A stretch of DNA of 64,000 nucleotides. Origin: Rhizophagus irregularis (Eukaryota). Below, one piece after another: positions 41,421 through 54,060 of this stretch. Under the pieces are notes generated by a model that was not told the origin of the DNA, made no database searches, and saw only the letters and a list, made by a program, of their open reading frames with translations. The position numbers and the translations under genes are program-made. The stretch lies in NCBI RefSeq assembly GCF_026210795.1, contig NC_089433.1, forward strand, positions 3,906,001 through 3,970,000. Direction: 5' to 3'. Position 1 is the stretch's first letter. Each line of letters opens with the position of its first letter.

Positions 41421-42073
41421 TGATGAGCTAGCAAAGACTATTTTACAAATTACAATCATCCATTTGAGTGTATAGTAATAAGTAAGGTATTATTAATTAT
41501 GTACAAGTACGATGGGTACGATGCTAATCATACCATAAGAATTTGAATATGATTGATTGTATTATAGACAAAATAAATACTAATTTTATAAAAAAGTTTC
41601 CTTCAACTTTTTAATGGTAAATTTTAAAAATTGAAAAAAATATTATAGACATTTTATTTATTAGGTGACTTCGTACCGTACCTGCAAATTTAATAAAATA
41701 TATACATCCAGTACCTAAAATCTCATCCATTTATATCTTAACTATTATAAAAATAATTAATAATGTAGTATAGTACAACTTTAAATTATAGAAAGGAACT
41801 AACGCAAACAAATTTAAAATTGTAATGATAAAGCTGGTTCATTTAATATTGTTAATCAAGTATATTAGTCATATGACAAATAGTTCATTTTATGCATCCA
41901 TATAAGAGTCTGGTCTATGAAATGTTCTAATACACACGGCTATTTTACTATTGATATATAAGTATAAATTGAATAAATTGGGAAAGGATATGTGAAATAA
42001 AATAAATTATTATTTTATTAAAGGTGAAAAAATCTAAGTTAAAACAAATATAACTTGCAGTAATACCAAGCTA

Positions 42074-43560
42074 TCACTTTATAATTTGAAATACTTCATA
42101 ATCTTCTATAGAAAATTTATCCTCAATATCTCTTATCTTTTTTTCATAATAACGTTTTTTATAACAACAATAATCGTAGTCTGTATTTTCGCCCTTATTA
42201 GAACATATAATAATATCACCAAAATGTGGACCACGGTTATTACCATAATAAATCGCATGCCCTGTCTTTTCTATATTACTAATTATTGCATCATTATTCT
42301 TAAAAAAAAAAATAAAACTATCTTTAGTTTGGCCCCGACTAGAAGAAGATTCCCATTTTAAAGGGTTATATCCACCAAGAATTTCTTGTGTTTCTTTTAC
42401 TTTAATAAATGTAACAGTATTAGGTATACCATCACATAATTCATGAAACTTTATAGGAGTAAATCCATCTCGACTTCCTCTTAATATTAATTTAAATTTA
42501 TACGGTTCTTTTAAATGAGCAAAACTATTACTAACATCTATTTTATCTATCCTTCTTGAAATAGTTGATATAATACTTAAATTATCAATAAAACTTGAAT
42601 TAAAAATTCCATCAATTTTAAGATTCCTTGGAAGTGGGATATCATCGGTTGGTTTACTACTAGGATCTAAATGAGAATTTAATAAGTCTTCATAAAGTTT
42701 ATATTTTAAGAGTTTTTTAAAAGGACGAACACTTTGTAAAAAATCTTTGGATGATAAACTAAAAAATCTAATAAAAGGTAAACAAAATTGTAAAGTATTT
42801 TCCATTGTTTTGAATTCATCATCTGACCAAGTAGTGGGATCAGGACTAAGTGTAGGATTTTGTGCAAGTCCCCATTTTAATATATGTTCCCAAACTTCAA
42901 TTTCTTTCATTTGCAAATCATCGTTCTTAATTAGCTGGATTAAAGACTTTTCAGAAAGTGAAGTGAAATCAAATGATTTAAATATCTTTTCTGGAGATTT
43001 TGCCATAAAATTTGTACAAAATTGTTGAATTGCTAATAAAGAATTCGATTGAAAGCTTGTTCGATGAACAAGTTCAAATTGTTGTTCCATCCATTTAGAT
43101 TTATTTTCAATCAAATAATTTTGTAGATAATCAACTAGTTCTTGAATAAGTAGCTGATCCGCAGCTAATAATACTTTAAAAATTTCCGAATCATCTTGTT
43201 CATTCAACGAAAGAATACCACCGTAAATATACCTATAATAAAGCTCGAATTAAATATATGATGTATTATTTCAAGTATATTAAATTAATGTTTATAAACT
43301 TACTTTAGAATAATTTGAAATATTTCCGGTGATATATTTGGTAATTTGATATGAACTAAATCATTAGTTTTATTGTTCCTATTATTAGAAGCCAAAGTTC
43401 GTCGTAGATATGGAGAACGGTAATACAAAATATTCATATGGGCACGAAGGATTTTCACATTAGGGTCTTCACCAACTTCAATTGTAACATCATAATATTC
43501 ATCATCCGCCAATAATTCAATATAATTTTGGCTTAGTTTTGAAAAAAAGTTCGTTGCCAT
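42074..43560 (-). CDS. BTB/POZ-BACK-TLDc protein (copy 4), 2 exons; closest to copy 3
   Basis: ORFs 43560-43300 and 43207-42074; same intron position and motifs. Confidence 0.9.
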
Positions 43561-43744
43561 TTTTTATATTTATACTTTTTAAATTTGTGAAAGTGTGAAA
43601 ATTATTACCGTATCGACGTCGTATTTATTAATGATGATTTTACAAATATGGCTAAATGAAATGCTGCTATTACGCCCATAATCTGCAAAAAGGACAAATC
43701 AAATTTGAAAATTGGATTATATAAGCAGATCATCATCGGATATA

Positions 43745-43912
43745 TATTAGTTATTCTGCCGCCAACGATCATCTTATAAATACAATAAACTATTGATTAA
43801 ACAACGTCAAAAATATCAATAATAATTATGCAATGGTAGTTTATTTATAGCTTAATAAAAAAATATCAGCATGATAAAAAAAGCATGATCCTATTTGGCT
43901 GTAGAATAAATT
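43745..43912 (+). mobile_element. Second mini-Crypton, lacking the hairpin
   Basis: tattagttattctgccgccaacgatcat...gtagtttatttatagcttaataaaaaaatatcagcatgataaaaaaagcatgatcctatttggctgtagaataaat is near-identical to the reverse complement of 27960-28070. Confidence 0.8.
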
Positions 43913-44574
43913 TAAATAAGAACTTCAACGTCTTAATTTAAAAATTGATAATTAATCGTTCTTTGTGTAAAAATATCTTTTTAATCATATCTTAAAATTT
44001 TAAATTATGATACATATGCTTTTCAATATAGATAGATGTACGATACCATCAAAGGTTCAAAAAATAGATTGAATAGTTTATGATTATTTCAATTGGGAAG
44101 TTTATCAAAATAATTTGATAGAAAAAAAATAATTTCAATAACACGAAAGATAGATTAAAAATGACATCGTTTCAAAAATGAATATTAAAAAGACAGAATT
44201 TAAGTTATAAAAATGATAGTATGGTCTATCACTAGTCAAAAAAGGAATATTCAGCCTTGATAAAATTCCACTAAATCAATGTCAATTCGGCCTCAATTAG
44301 TAATGATCTATGATTAGACTAATATTTGCCCATTTGAAACTGGCTGATCAGCGAAAGATAGTCAAAAAAGTCAAACCTTTTTTTAGACTTTCTTAAGATC
44401 TTTTTGACTTTATTTCTCTTGGATAAAGGTAAATAAATATATAATTTTTTTTTAAAAAAAAATTTTCACGAATGCCATTTTATTTGCTTCAGCTTTGGTC
44501 TGTAAGTACATAGATAAGCTTCTTTGGCTTCGTTTTAGCTTTGGAATGTGAGGGTTTTTTTTTAAATTAACTTT

Positions 44575-45215
44575 GTAGAAACGCTTTACTAACATGATTT
44601 CTTTTTTTTTGTAGGAATTTCCAGCCAGAACAAACTGGACTTTAAGGTGAGAAAGAGTTGGAATTTTTTTTTATCTTTTTTTTTAATTTAAGAAACGTTT
44701 TAACATTTCTTTCATTAATTTTTTTTTTGTAGGGCGTCAGCTTGAACATGAAACTGGACTTTAAGGTAAGAAATAGAAAATGGGAAGGAAAATTTTTTAT
44801 TTTAAATTTAAGAAATGAACTAACGTTTCTTTTTCATTGCTTTTTTTTTATAGGGCGCTGGCTTGAACACAAACTGGACTTCAAGGTAAAAAATAAGGAA
44901 GGGGAAGGAGGAAGAGGATTGTTATGTAAATATAGGAATGAACTAACGTTTCTTTTGTATTTTTTTGTACTGGCTTGGACTATAAGGAGGGAAATTCAGT
45001 AAGGAAGTTTTTGACTTTTTGTAAATAATACTTTCAACGAAATGTATAGCAATCCATTTTTCTTCTTCTTTTTGTAGACTGCTGGTTCTTCAGGGTCTTT
45101 GAACACATGGGCTCAATGGTTCGAAATTTTTTTAAAAAAAATTTGTTTGTTAATTTAATTTTCTTTTTTTTTTATAGGTGGCAATTTCTTCGGCTTTGGG
45201 ACTTGGGTCTGGTAA
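44575..45215 (+). repeat. Tandem ~120-bp units, each shaped as a 32-33 nt exon plus a GT-AG intron
   Basis: tag|...GAACA(N)AAACTGGACTTYAAG|gt at 44615-44646, 44733-44765 and 44854-44885, each preceded by a CTAAC/TTAAC branch site and T-rich tract; degenerate units follow. Confidence 0.65.
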
Positions 45216-45453
45216 GTTTCAATTCGAAATAATTCATGTGATTGATTGTAATTTTGTTGATCATATCAAAATACATGATAAAATAACAATTTTAATTTAT
45301 ATATTGGCATTTTGAAAAAGTAGGCATATAATAGTTTTTAAACCAATTATTAAATAATGGAAATAATAATTTTACGCCCTGCGTAGCAATGCATCCTCTT
45401 AAATCACGTGATAATAATTAAATTTTGATTGGCTGTACATATACACCAATAAT

Positions 45454-46021
45454 TAGTGTTCCGCACGAGCCAGTCCAGCTCGAGCCAGCTCGCGAGCCAG
45501 GTATATCGAGCTCATAACTCGCGAGCTAGCTCGAATGAGCTGTATCAAAGCTCGGCTCAAATGAGCCGAGCCAAATTTTTACGAGCCGCGGCTCAGCTCA
45601 GAGCTGGCTCGCGAGCTCCAGAACTTTTTTTCTTTATTATTGCCGGTGTCACGTGATTTTTAATTTTGGCCGGAATTAAGTGATTGGCATGGAAATTTCC
45701 TTTTTTGGAATCCTATGCAACACATTTCCCCATTTTTGATAAGAAATAAAATTGCCTTTTTTTGGATTGTGTAATGTTACTCATGTATTCAAAAAAGGAA
45801 ATTTCTATGTCGATTACTTAATTCCGGCCAAAATTAAAAAATCACGAGAAATATGCAGAATTTGATAAAAGCTCGGCTCAGCTCGAGCCAAGCCACCTTA
45901 AAACTCGGCTCGGCTCAGCTCGAGGTTAGCTCGACACAAGCCAAGCTCGAAAATTCTAATCGAGCCGAGCTGGCTCGAATTTTGGCTCAACTCAGCTCGA
46001 GCCGGCTCGTGCAGAGCTTTA
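45454..46021. mobile_element. hAT-type MITE nested in the MULE left arm
   Basis: Ends TAGTGTTCCGCACGAGCC / GGCTCGTGCAGAGCTTTA; perfect 8-bp TSD CCAATAAT (45446-53 / 46022-29); GAGCC/GCTCG subterminal repeats; internal inverted repeat 45650-45847. Confidence 0.88.
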
Positions 46022-46417
46022 CCAATAATGATATGCCAAGATTTTTTTATTATTCTCATAAATTTTTTACACGAACCTTCCTTTTTTGTTTTTGTAATCA
46101 AAAAAACTCTTTCTTTTTTTGTTTTACAGTTGGCAAAAGCTCTTTCTTTTTGTTTCATTACTAGTAAATCTTTTTCCTTTTTTTGTTTTACAACTTGGTG
46201 AAGCTTTCTTCTTTTATTTTACTACAGCAGGTAAATCTTTTTATATTTGTTTTGTTTCTTTGTTTAGTACGTTTACAATAAAGAAATTGTATAGCGATAG
46301 AATAAAATAACATATCATAGCTTTTTTGGTAAACTTGCCTTTTTTGTTTTATAGTTAAAGACAAACTTACCTTTTTTGTTTTATATTTAGGAATGAACTT
46401 TCCTTTTTAAGTATAAA

Positions 46418-48958
46418 ATGGCAGTTCCACAAGAAAAAAGTATTATTGAAGCAATAGAAACTTTAACTAATAATTCTCAACAATCCGAGCTTTATGTTGG
46501 ACAGCATTTTATTTCATGGCCATCTGCTATAGCTTACGTTTCAGAATGGTGTAATCTTCAAGGGTTTCAATCACAATTAGATAGATCTGATCATAACAAT
46601 AATATGCCAGCAGGTGAATATAGGAAATTAGCTATTGTTTTTCAACACTCTGGTAAATATAAAAAGCCGTTAGCTGAATTATCTTTGAACAATAATATTA
46701 AAGAAAATCATAAGATGATAGTAAAAGTTAGTAAAACTATTCAATTAGGTTGTAAAGCTCATATCAACCTATCAAGACCAGAAAAAAATAATGTCAATCA
46801 ATATGTATTTGTTACAACAATTGTAAATGAACATTGTCATGAACTTAAATCTCAACTTATAAATTACACAAAAGAGACAGCATTAACGAGAGAAATGATA
46901 GAGGACATTAAGTTTTTAACATTACAAGTTCGTCTTACTATAACACAGCAAAGAGTATATCTTGAAAAAAAGTATCCTGAGCGAAAAATTCAATCTGATA
47001 TCCTTCGTTATGAAATACAAAAATACCAGCCATCAGCAAAAGAGTTAAATAGAGATGCATTAAATCTCTATGAACATCTTCTTAAATTAAAAGAAGATGA
47101 TATTAGATAGCAAATTTTTGTCAATTTTGATAAAACAAAGGTTTTAAGGAGATTGCTTTGGAGTCTCCTAATCAAGTGGAGCTGTGGATTCAATATCATG
47201 ATGTTATTATTAATGATGTTACTTGTAAAACAAATAGATACGATATGGCGTTATCATTATTTGTTGCTATTGATAATCACAATAATTCACGATTAGTATG
47301 TCAAGCGCTTATTGATAATAAAACAGCAGAAGCCCATGCTTGGATTTTTGAGTGTACACTACTTGCAACAGGTGGTAAAAAACAGTCAAATGAAACTATA
47401 AGTGGAGGGTTAGTTCCTTTGGTTTTTATGACAGATGCAGATCCGGCGGTAGATGCCGCATGTATTAAAATTTACCAGAATTGTTACACAATGCATTGTA
47501 TATTTCATATCAGTCAAAACCTTCATAAAAAGTTTTCAAAATTGTTGGGCAATAAATATTCAAAATTTTTGAGCGAGTTTTATAATGCTAGAAATAGCTT
47601 AAGTCAAGAAAAATTTGAACAGTTATTTACCATATTGATTGAAAAATATGAACAAGCTGCTGAATATTTGAGAAATTTGTATAAGACTAAAACATATTGG
47701 GCACTTTGTTTTACTTCAACAATTTTCACCACGGCAGTACAATCTACTTCACGTGTAGAGGGCATAAATGCAGTTTTAAAACGGGAAATTCTTAATTCCA
47801 ACACTTCTCTATTGCAACTTGCTGAAGTAATACATTGTCATCATAAAGAAGAAGAAAAACAAAAGGAATTTGCTTTTTGAAAAACAGTCATTCCTTGTGT
47901 AGTTGACTTACAAACAGCAAGTTTCCTTTTTTCTGCAATCGAAGTATTGATAAAAAAATACTTAACAACTCCATTATATAATCTTCAAGTTCAAGAAATC
48001 AATCAAAGTGTTTATTACAAGTGTGAACAATTTGAATTAAACCAAATTGACATGTTTGAACAGGTATGTTAATAATTTTTTATAGAAGGGGTGTAATAGT
48101 AAGAATAGTAAGCGAAATGCAGCAATGATTAACAAAGTTTTAAATTATTTAAGATTTCTGAAGTGATTGATACAGGTTTTTTGGAAGATTTACCTGATGA
48201 GTGTAAAGCATGTATCAAATCAATTTTTTATCATGTTAACCAAAGAGAAATTAAAGAAATTTGGGGTATTTCGGTTCAAAATACCCAAAAATTCAAACAT
48301 TTTATCCTTTTAATGAACAATTCGGCCATTTATATTCATGTTTAGCAACAGTTACAAGGGAATTGTTTGCCAACATTATTTTAGTCTTATGATGCATACA
48401 CATACAGCAATATTTTACATTCAACTTATTAGACCACGTTGGTATAAAAATCAAGACTTGGATGGAAAACATGAACCTTTCGTATTTGCAGCTAAATTTC
48501 AGGACACTGAATTGTTAAAGCAACCAGAAATAAATCAAGAAATTTTTTATCTAACGGCTTTAGTACAAAACAATGTTAATAAATGGGAGCAGATAAGTAA
48601 ATCTACTTTAGATGAAAAACTTTTCTTTGGAAAAGTGATGGGAATGGCTAAAAAAGTTATTCTTAAGGCGGTCAAAAAAAAGGATGAGTGAAGTTTTGAG
48701 ATTTTTCAACGCTATTTTAATGAACTTAATGATTTTGAGGATGAGCTTAATAGTAAAATAGATATCGATGATGAAGCTAATGAAAATAGCTTGCAGCTTC
48801 AAAATCCAATTAAGAAACCTAGAAAAGGTCGACCAAAAGGAACAACAAGAATTAAAAGTGCCATGAAGCCTCCAAAATCTAACAAAAGTCAACGGCATTG
48901 CAAAATTTGTAGACAAGCCAGACATTATTCAAGCACGTGTACACAAAATCAAAAATAA
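46418..48958 (+). pseudogene. FAR1/MULE transposase pseudogene
   Basis: FAR1 DNA-binding (GCKAHI..EHCH), DVTCKTNRY, TDAD, HCIFH, STSRVEGIN, SWIM (GIVCQHYF), KGRPKG, CKICRQARH..STC. Nonsense codons at ~47108, ~47878 and ~48689 plus frameshifts. Confidence 0.9.
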
Positions 48959-49619
48959 TTCAGTAATTTTATATTAGTTGCTAGTCTTTTGATAAATGTA
49001 TATGAAAATAAATGAATCAATCTTTAATAAACAATAAAAAACTAATGCAAAAAAAAGTTTTATAAAAGTTTAGAAAAGAAAGCATAAAAATACATCAAAA
49101 GTTTCTTTTTAGATAATTGTATCTAATCAGTTACATCTGATTTCTTATTTATATTACAGATGCACATAACTTTTCTGATACACTTGCCTAGATAAAAAGA
49201 TGATGTATAAAAAAATGCGTAACATCCCAGGACTACAAAATTCACGGCAAAGATTTATGTTAGAACTTATATATGATAGATGATGAAAATTTATGTTATT
49301 ACAGAACCCTTACCATATTAATGATACGAACTCAAGAATTGCATGATATATCATAGAAGAAAAATCACTGTTTAGCCGTAAAAAATGGTTAGAAACAGCA
49401 CTAAAACTAATTGAAAATTTCCCACTCAACTTCCTAGTCTACAAAAAAGTAATGTTAAATATGTAAAAGAAAACGCATGACAATCACCAACACTTACTAG
49501 GTTCAAGAGTCTACATTAACATTAAATGTGTAAAAAGAAACACATATTCGCATACTACCATCAACACTTACTAAATCCAGGAATACGTTCACAAGAAACT
49601 GAAAAATAAACCAAAGTGT

Positions 49620-49815
49620 TAGCGATTAGTATGTACTCCATTAACACTCACTGTCTGTCTAAAAAGAGTTTTAGCACTTAGTGTGTAAAAAGAGAACTCA
49701 TAATGACTCTATTAACACTTATTGTCTGTCTAAAAATAGTTTGAGCGTTTAGTGTGTAAAAAGAGAACTCATAATGATGCCATTAACACATTATTCGTGT
49801 TAGCGTTTAGTATGT
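49620..49815. repeat. Short tandem repeat (~70-bp units) in the MULE right arm
   Basis: Repeated ttagtgtgtaaaaagagaactcataatga...attaacac..tgtctgtctaaaaa. Confidence 0.7.
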
Positions 49816-50159
49816 ATAGTTGTATACTATCCATCTAAAAATTTATCAGCTATCAAACTTATGAAATTACATGATCAGAGGGTGCGTTGCAATGCGGGGC
49901 GTATAAAAATTAAACCCTTAAATAATTACTAAAAAATAATATTTATATTTGATTTTGTTTAAATTCAATAAGATTTTTTTGATCATTATTATTAAATAAA
50001 ATCTAGTATTTTATCTATAAATAAAATATATTTTAAAAGGCTTTTTTAGGTAAATTTAATTATATGATTGCATGGTTTAATATTAAATTTTTAAATTTTT
50101 ACCTATTTTATAGGCAATTTAAAATAATAAAACTTTGATAAACTTGTACAATAATTTTT

Positions 50160-51209
50160 ATTTTTTATTTTTATTAATGGGTTCCAGTTAGAAACCTAAC
50201 ATGGACACGATTATAAGTAGAAAATTACATATAAGTCAAAATTAACAAAAATACAAACTAAACTACACGTGAAAATAATCTACTCAAACTGGTGGGCAAT
50301 TAATAGGAAGAAGGTACAATGTGAAGATACTAAAATTAGACCCACAACACAAAAACCCAGATAACGCTACTGCCTCCCATACTCTCGCCTAGGTAAATCT
50401 AAGTTTTGGTAAGTTGAAGCCCGTATCCCACAGATTATCAGACCGAAACTGCCAGCCCTGGTTGATAAAAATCCCCCACACTGGTCGATAAAAATAAATT
50501 CACCAAGTAACTATATTACCAGAGTTAATAAACTACCTAAGAGTAAACTAAAGGGGAACTTTTTAGTGTCGTGCAATTCCCAAAAGGACACCCACCTCAT
50601 TTTGAATGATCCCTCCAATCTAAACTAAACTGCAGTAAAAAACCAATGATAGTCCAAACATATGCCACCTTGACCTCACCTGACCAAAAACTGATCACCA
50701 AGATCTGTACTCCCCTTAAATTATGCCCAACTCTCTCAAAAGAAAAGATCTACAAACCACCTGATATTGATCAATTTTGGGATACCCCCTACCCCCAGAA
50801 AAACTCCAAAAAGCAGAAGGCAAAAAAGAAAGACAAGAAAAATTCACCAAAAAAATAAGAAAAATTTATAACCCTAGGAAAACCAACCCGAAGGAGTAAA
50901 AACCTAGGTAAAAAGGGAAACTTCACCAAACTATCACCAGCAACAACACCTTATTATTAAGAAAATGAACTTTTACCACTGAGTGAAATGGAAATTTCTT
51001 CCTTCTGGCTTGGAATCTTCAACCTTATAACCAAAGTCATTCAAACCATATGAATAAGTGCCGCTGGACCCAATAGAGATAAGTAGCAGAAACAAAGTTG
51101 GTGTTTTAACCAGGTATTTAGAGCAATTTCTTTAAATACAAGTATTTTAAAATGAGTGAAATATTATTTCTATTAAAAAAGTAAGAGAAAGGGAAGAGAG
51201 TTTTTTTTT
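50160..51209 (-). mobile_element. 5'-truncated retroposed (non-LTR) insertion
   Basis: Flanked by a ~20-bp direct repeat TAAACTTGTACAATAATTTT (50140-59 / 51210-29), with a T-rich tract (minus-strand poly-A) at the left end; no convincing ORF. Confidence 0.55.
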
Positions 51210-51226
51210 TAAACTTGTACAATAAT

Positions 51227-52100
51227 TTTTTTTTTTTTTTTTTAGTGAAGCTAATGACGTCACAAGGACGATTTTATTAATTTTGTAGATAAAAGGCCAG
51301 AAGTCTAAGACTATGGGGCTACAAATCTTACAAAAAAACTAAGTATAAAACTAAATACATAGAAATATACCTACGATGCTACATGTGAACGAACAAAAAT
51401 ACTAAAAAAAACACTAAACTCCCACTCGTAAAGCAGAAAATCCACCTAATAAGCTAGAATAACTCCCACCTACCAAATGAATTATTACCTAACAAGCTAG
51501 AAAAAATAAGAAAATTAAAAGTAAAATAAATTCTAAAACCTAAATTAATAAAAAATAAAATTTTAAACCAATTTACGCAGCAAATCTAAAATTTCCGCTA
51601 AAACTTTATTTTTTGATTTATTACGGGACTTGTCCTTCTTTTTCTTTTGCTCTTCAGGCTTCTTGGATGTTGCCACTTCTGGTTTCTTCTTAGAATTCTT
51701 AGAATTCGATTGAGTTTTCTCAGTCTTCTGACTTCGTGAAGTTTGATTATGGTTCTTATTGGCATCACCGCCACGTGACCTTGTTGGTTGCGTCGGAGGA
51801 GCATGCTGATTCCATGACAGATTATTATTTTCCCAAATTACCTGATTATCTAATACTGCGCGCATATCAACCCACTTACGTTCCCCTCTCGCTGTTTGAA
51901 TAATTTTAAAACTTTTCAATCCTTTTATCGCAAAAAGGAAAGAATGTGGGCGACTGTCGGTCCATAAGGTAGCTAACATCATTGAATCTGGTATTTTATG
52001 AATTGTAGCTTGAAACTTCTCACGTTGTTTTCTTTCTTTGAGAGTCCACCTTGCTGGAAACCATCGTACGGGTATCCCCCCTAAATCCGTAATCCATACC
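51227..52100 (-). mobile_element. Poly-A-tailed retroposed fragment encoding a basic ORF (probable LINE ORF1 C-terminus)
   Basis: ORF 52102-51563 (VRWFPARWTLKERKQREKFQA...Lys-rich...VLAEILDLLRKLV*), ~320-bp 3' UTR, then a T run at 51226-51243. The 5' end is cut at a CACTG terminus. The ORF1 assignment is from recall, not a search. Confidence 0.5.
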
Positions 52101-52642
52101 ACTGGTCGAAATCAAAACTTTCGACTGTTAAGAGCTTTCGGCATAAATTTTGCTGATTGGTCATATGATTCGTCACATTTTTTGACCAACAGCAAAAATC
52201 AGTAAAATCAATCACAAATCGACTGATACTGATTGTTAAACGAAATCTTGTTCAGTCTTTTGGTGAAAAATTGACTTATACCGATTGTTATACGAAAACT
52301 TGTTCCTTTAAGGTCGTTCAGTAAATTTTGCCGATTGGTCACATAAATCGACACAATTTTGCCAAATAGTAAAAAACATTATTTTTTAATTCGAATTTTA
52401 TACTTTGTTTACATTGTTTATATTCAGTGCATAATTACATCAGGAAATTTTATAGCGCGAAAAATTGCGTAAGTTTACGATTTTGTAAGTTTATGAAAGT
52501 TTATGGCATAATATTTCGAAAAATTTCAAAATATTACGTAAGTTTACAATTTCGTAAGATTTATGTGATATTACGGTTAAAATATTACGTAAGTTTACAA
52601 TATCGTAAGATTTACGCAATATTACGGTCAAAATATTCTGCA

Positions 52643-53056
52643 AATTTACGAGACTGTAAACCTGCGTAATATTACGGTTGAAATATTTCAAAAATTTACG
52701 AGACTGTAAACCTGCGTAATATTACGGTTGAAATATTTCGAAAATTTACGAGACTGTAAACCTGCGTAATATTACAGTTGAAATATTTCGAAAATTTACG
52801 AGACTGTAAACCTGCGTAATATTACGGTTAAAATATTTTGAAAATTTACGAGACTGTAAACCTGCGTAATATTACGGTTGAAATATTTCGAAAATTTACG
52901 AGACTGTAAACCTGCGTAATATTACGGTTAAAATATTTCGAAAATTTACGAAACTGTAAACCTGCGTAATATTACGGTTGAAATATTTCGAAAATTTACG
53001 AGACTGTAAACCTGCGTAATATTCCGTTTCGAAAATTTACGAGATTGTAAACTGCG
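52643..53056. repeat. 50-bp tandem repeat, ~8.5 copies
   Basis: AGACTGTAAACCTGCGTAATATTACGGTTGAAATATTTCGAAAATTTACG starting at 52651, 52701, ... 53001. Confidence 0.95.
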
Positions 53057-53419
53057 TATGCAGTAGAACGTATACAAGGGCATGTGATACTATTGAATAA
53101 TCAAAAATAATATAAACACCTTTTCTTTTATATAAACACCTTTTTTTTTAAGTTTGGGAAAGCAAATTTATTTTTATTTACGAATTTTTTATTATTTACA
53201 ATTTTTATGTTAAAAATTAAAGTAAATTCTAATTTTTATTATAACTTAATAAAAAAATATACATTTGATACTTGTTCGCTACTATTTTATAAAATAGTAC
53301 CCAGGCTGTACGGCGTGGACGTCAGTATCAGTCACAGCCCAAAAAACGTGAGTCTCCAGCCGATATTTGGTACGGACTGGGCCTAGCTACTCACTTAATA
53401 AATAAAAAAATAAAAATAA

Positions 53420-54060
53420 TTATCTTCTACGATACGTAGGTAAGTTTCTCCTTCTCCTACGATCGTCACGCGTATCTAAAATTGATCAAATTTATCAAAT
53501 TTAAAATGTGAACGTAAAATAGAATGTAATATTAATTATAAAATTTTATTATAGTATAATTACCCGGCCTCTCCCAAAATCTCGTTCTAAATTCGCGATA
53601 ATATCTTTGGCCGGTACGCGTCCACAGCCACCGCCCAGGCCGATCAGGGGTACCATTACGATAAAGGACATAGTTCTAAATATCAAAATCAGTTTGAATA
53701 TTCGGTAAATACATTTAATTTAAATGAATGTAATTTTATTTATTTACTTACATGGTAATCCCTGACGAGGTTCCTCCACTTTTGGCTGCACTGTTGCCCG
53801 GAAACCCTCGTTCGAAATATTCTATTTATTCTGATTCAATTAAATGGATTGGTTAATTTGAATTTAAATTCTTTCTTAAAGAAAATTATAGATATTAGTC
53901 ATATGAACCTATTGGCAACAGAGTCCCAAAAATCATGGCGGCTTCTACCATTAATATTATGGTAGGCGCGGTTTCTGTCGCGGCGTATGTCGACAAGTTC
54001 GTCCATCATAGCCCAGTTCCAATGGACGTTATAGGAATGACGACGTGTTTGGCGAGGCAT
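53420..54060 (-). CDS. Small spliced Myb/SANT (trihelix-like) DNA-binding protein carried by the TIR element
   Basis: 4 exons: MPRQTRRHSYNVHWNWAMMDELVDIR...FWDSVANR / INRIFRTRVSGQQCSQKWRNLVRDYH / NYVLYRNG...FRTRFWERP / DTRDDRRRRNLPTYRRR*; W..W..C..KW.NL spacing. Confidence 0.75.

Larger units (their letters stand above)
45373..49904 (+). mobile_element. Mutator-like element (MULE)
   Basis: Imperfect TIRs TACGCCCTGCGTAGCAATGCATCCTCT / AGAGGGTGCGTTGCAATGCGGGGCGTA; degenerate 9-bp TSD (TAATAATTT vs TAAAAATTA); contains a FAR1-type transposase. Confidence 0.78.

Noticed and set aside
35526..43028. Plus-strand ORFs repeated at 35526/42086 and 36196/42747
   Set aside because: Antisense shadows of the BTB-TLDc paralogs; their similarity comes from the sense genes.
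45456..46164. Ser/Ala/Arg-rich ORFs
   Set aside because: Translations of the MITE's GAGCC/GCTCG repeats.
52643..53056. CRISPR-like regular array
   Set aside because: Units are contiguous and nearly identical with no unique spacers; eukaryotic context, no cas genes; lies in a transposon subterminal region.
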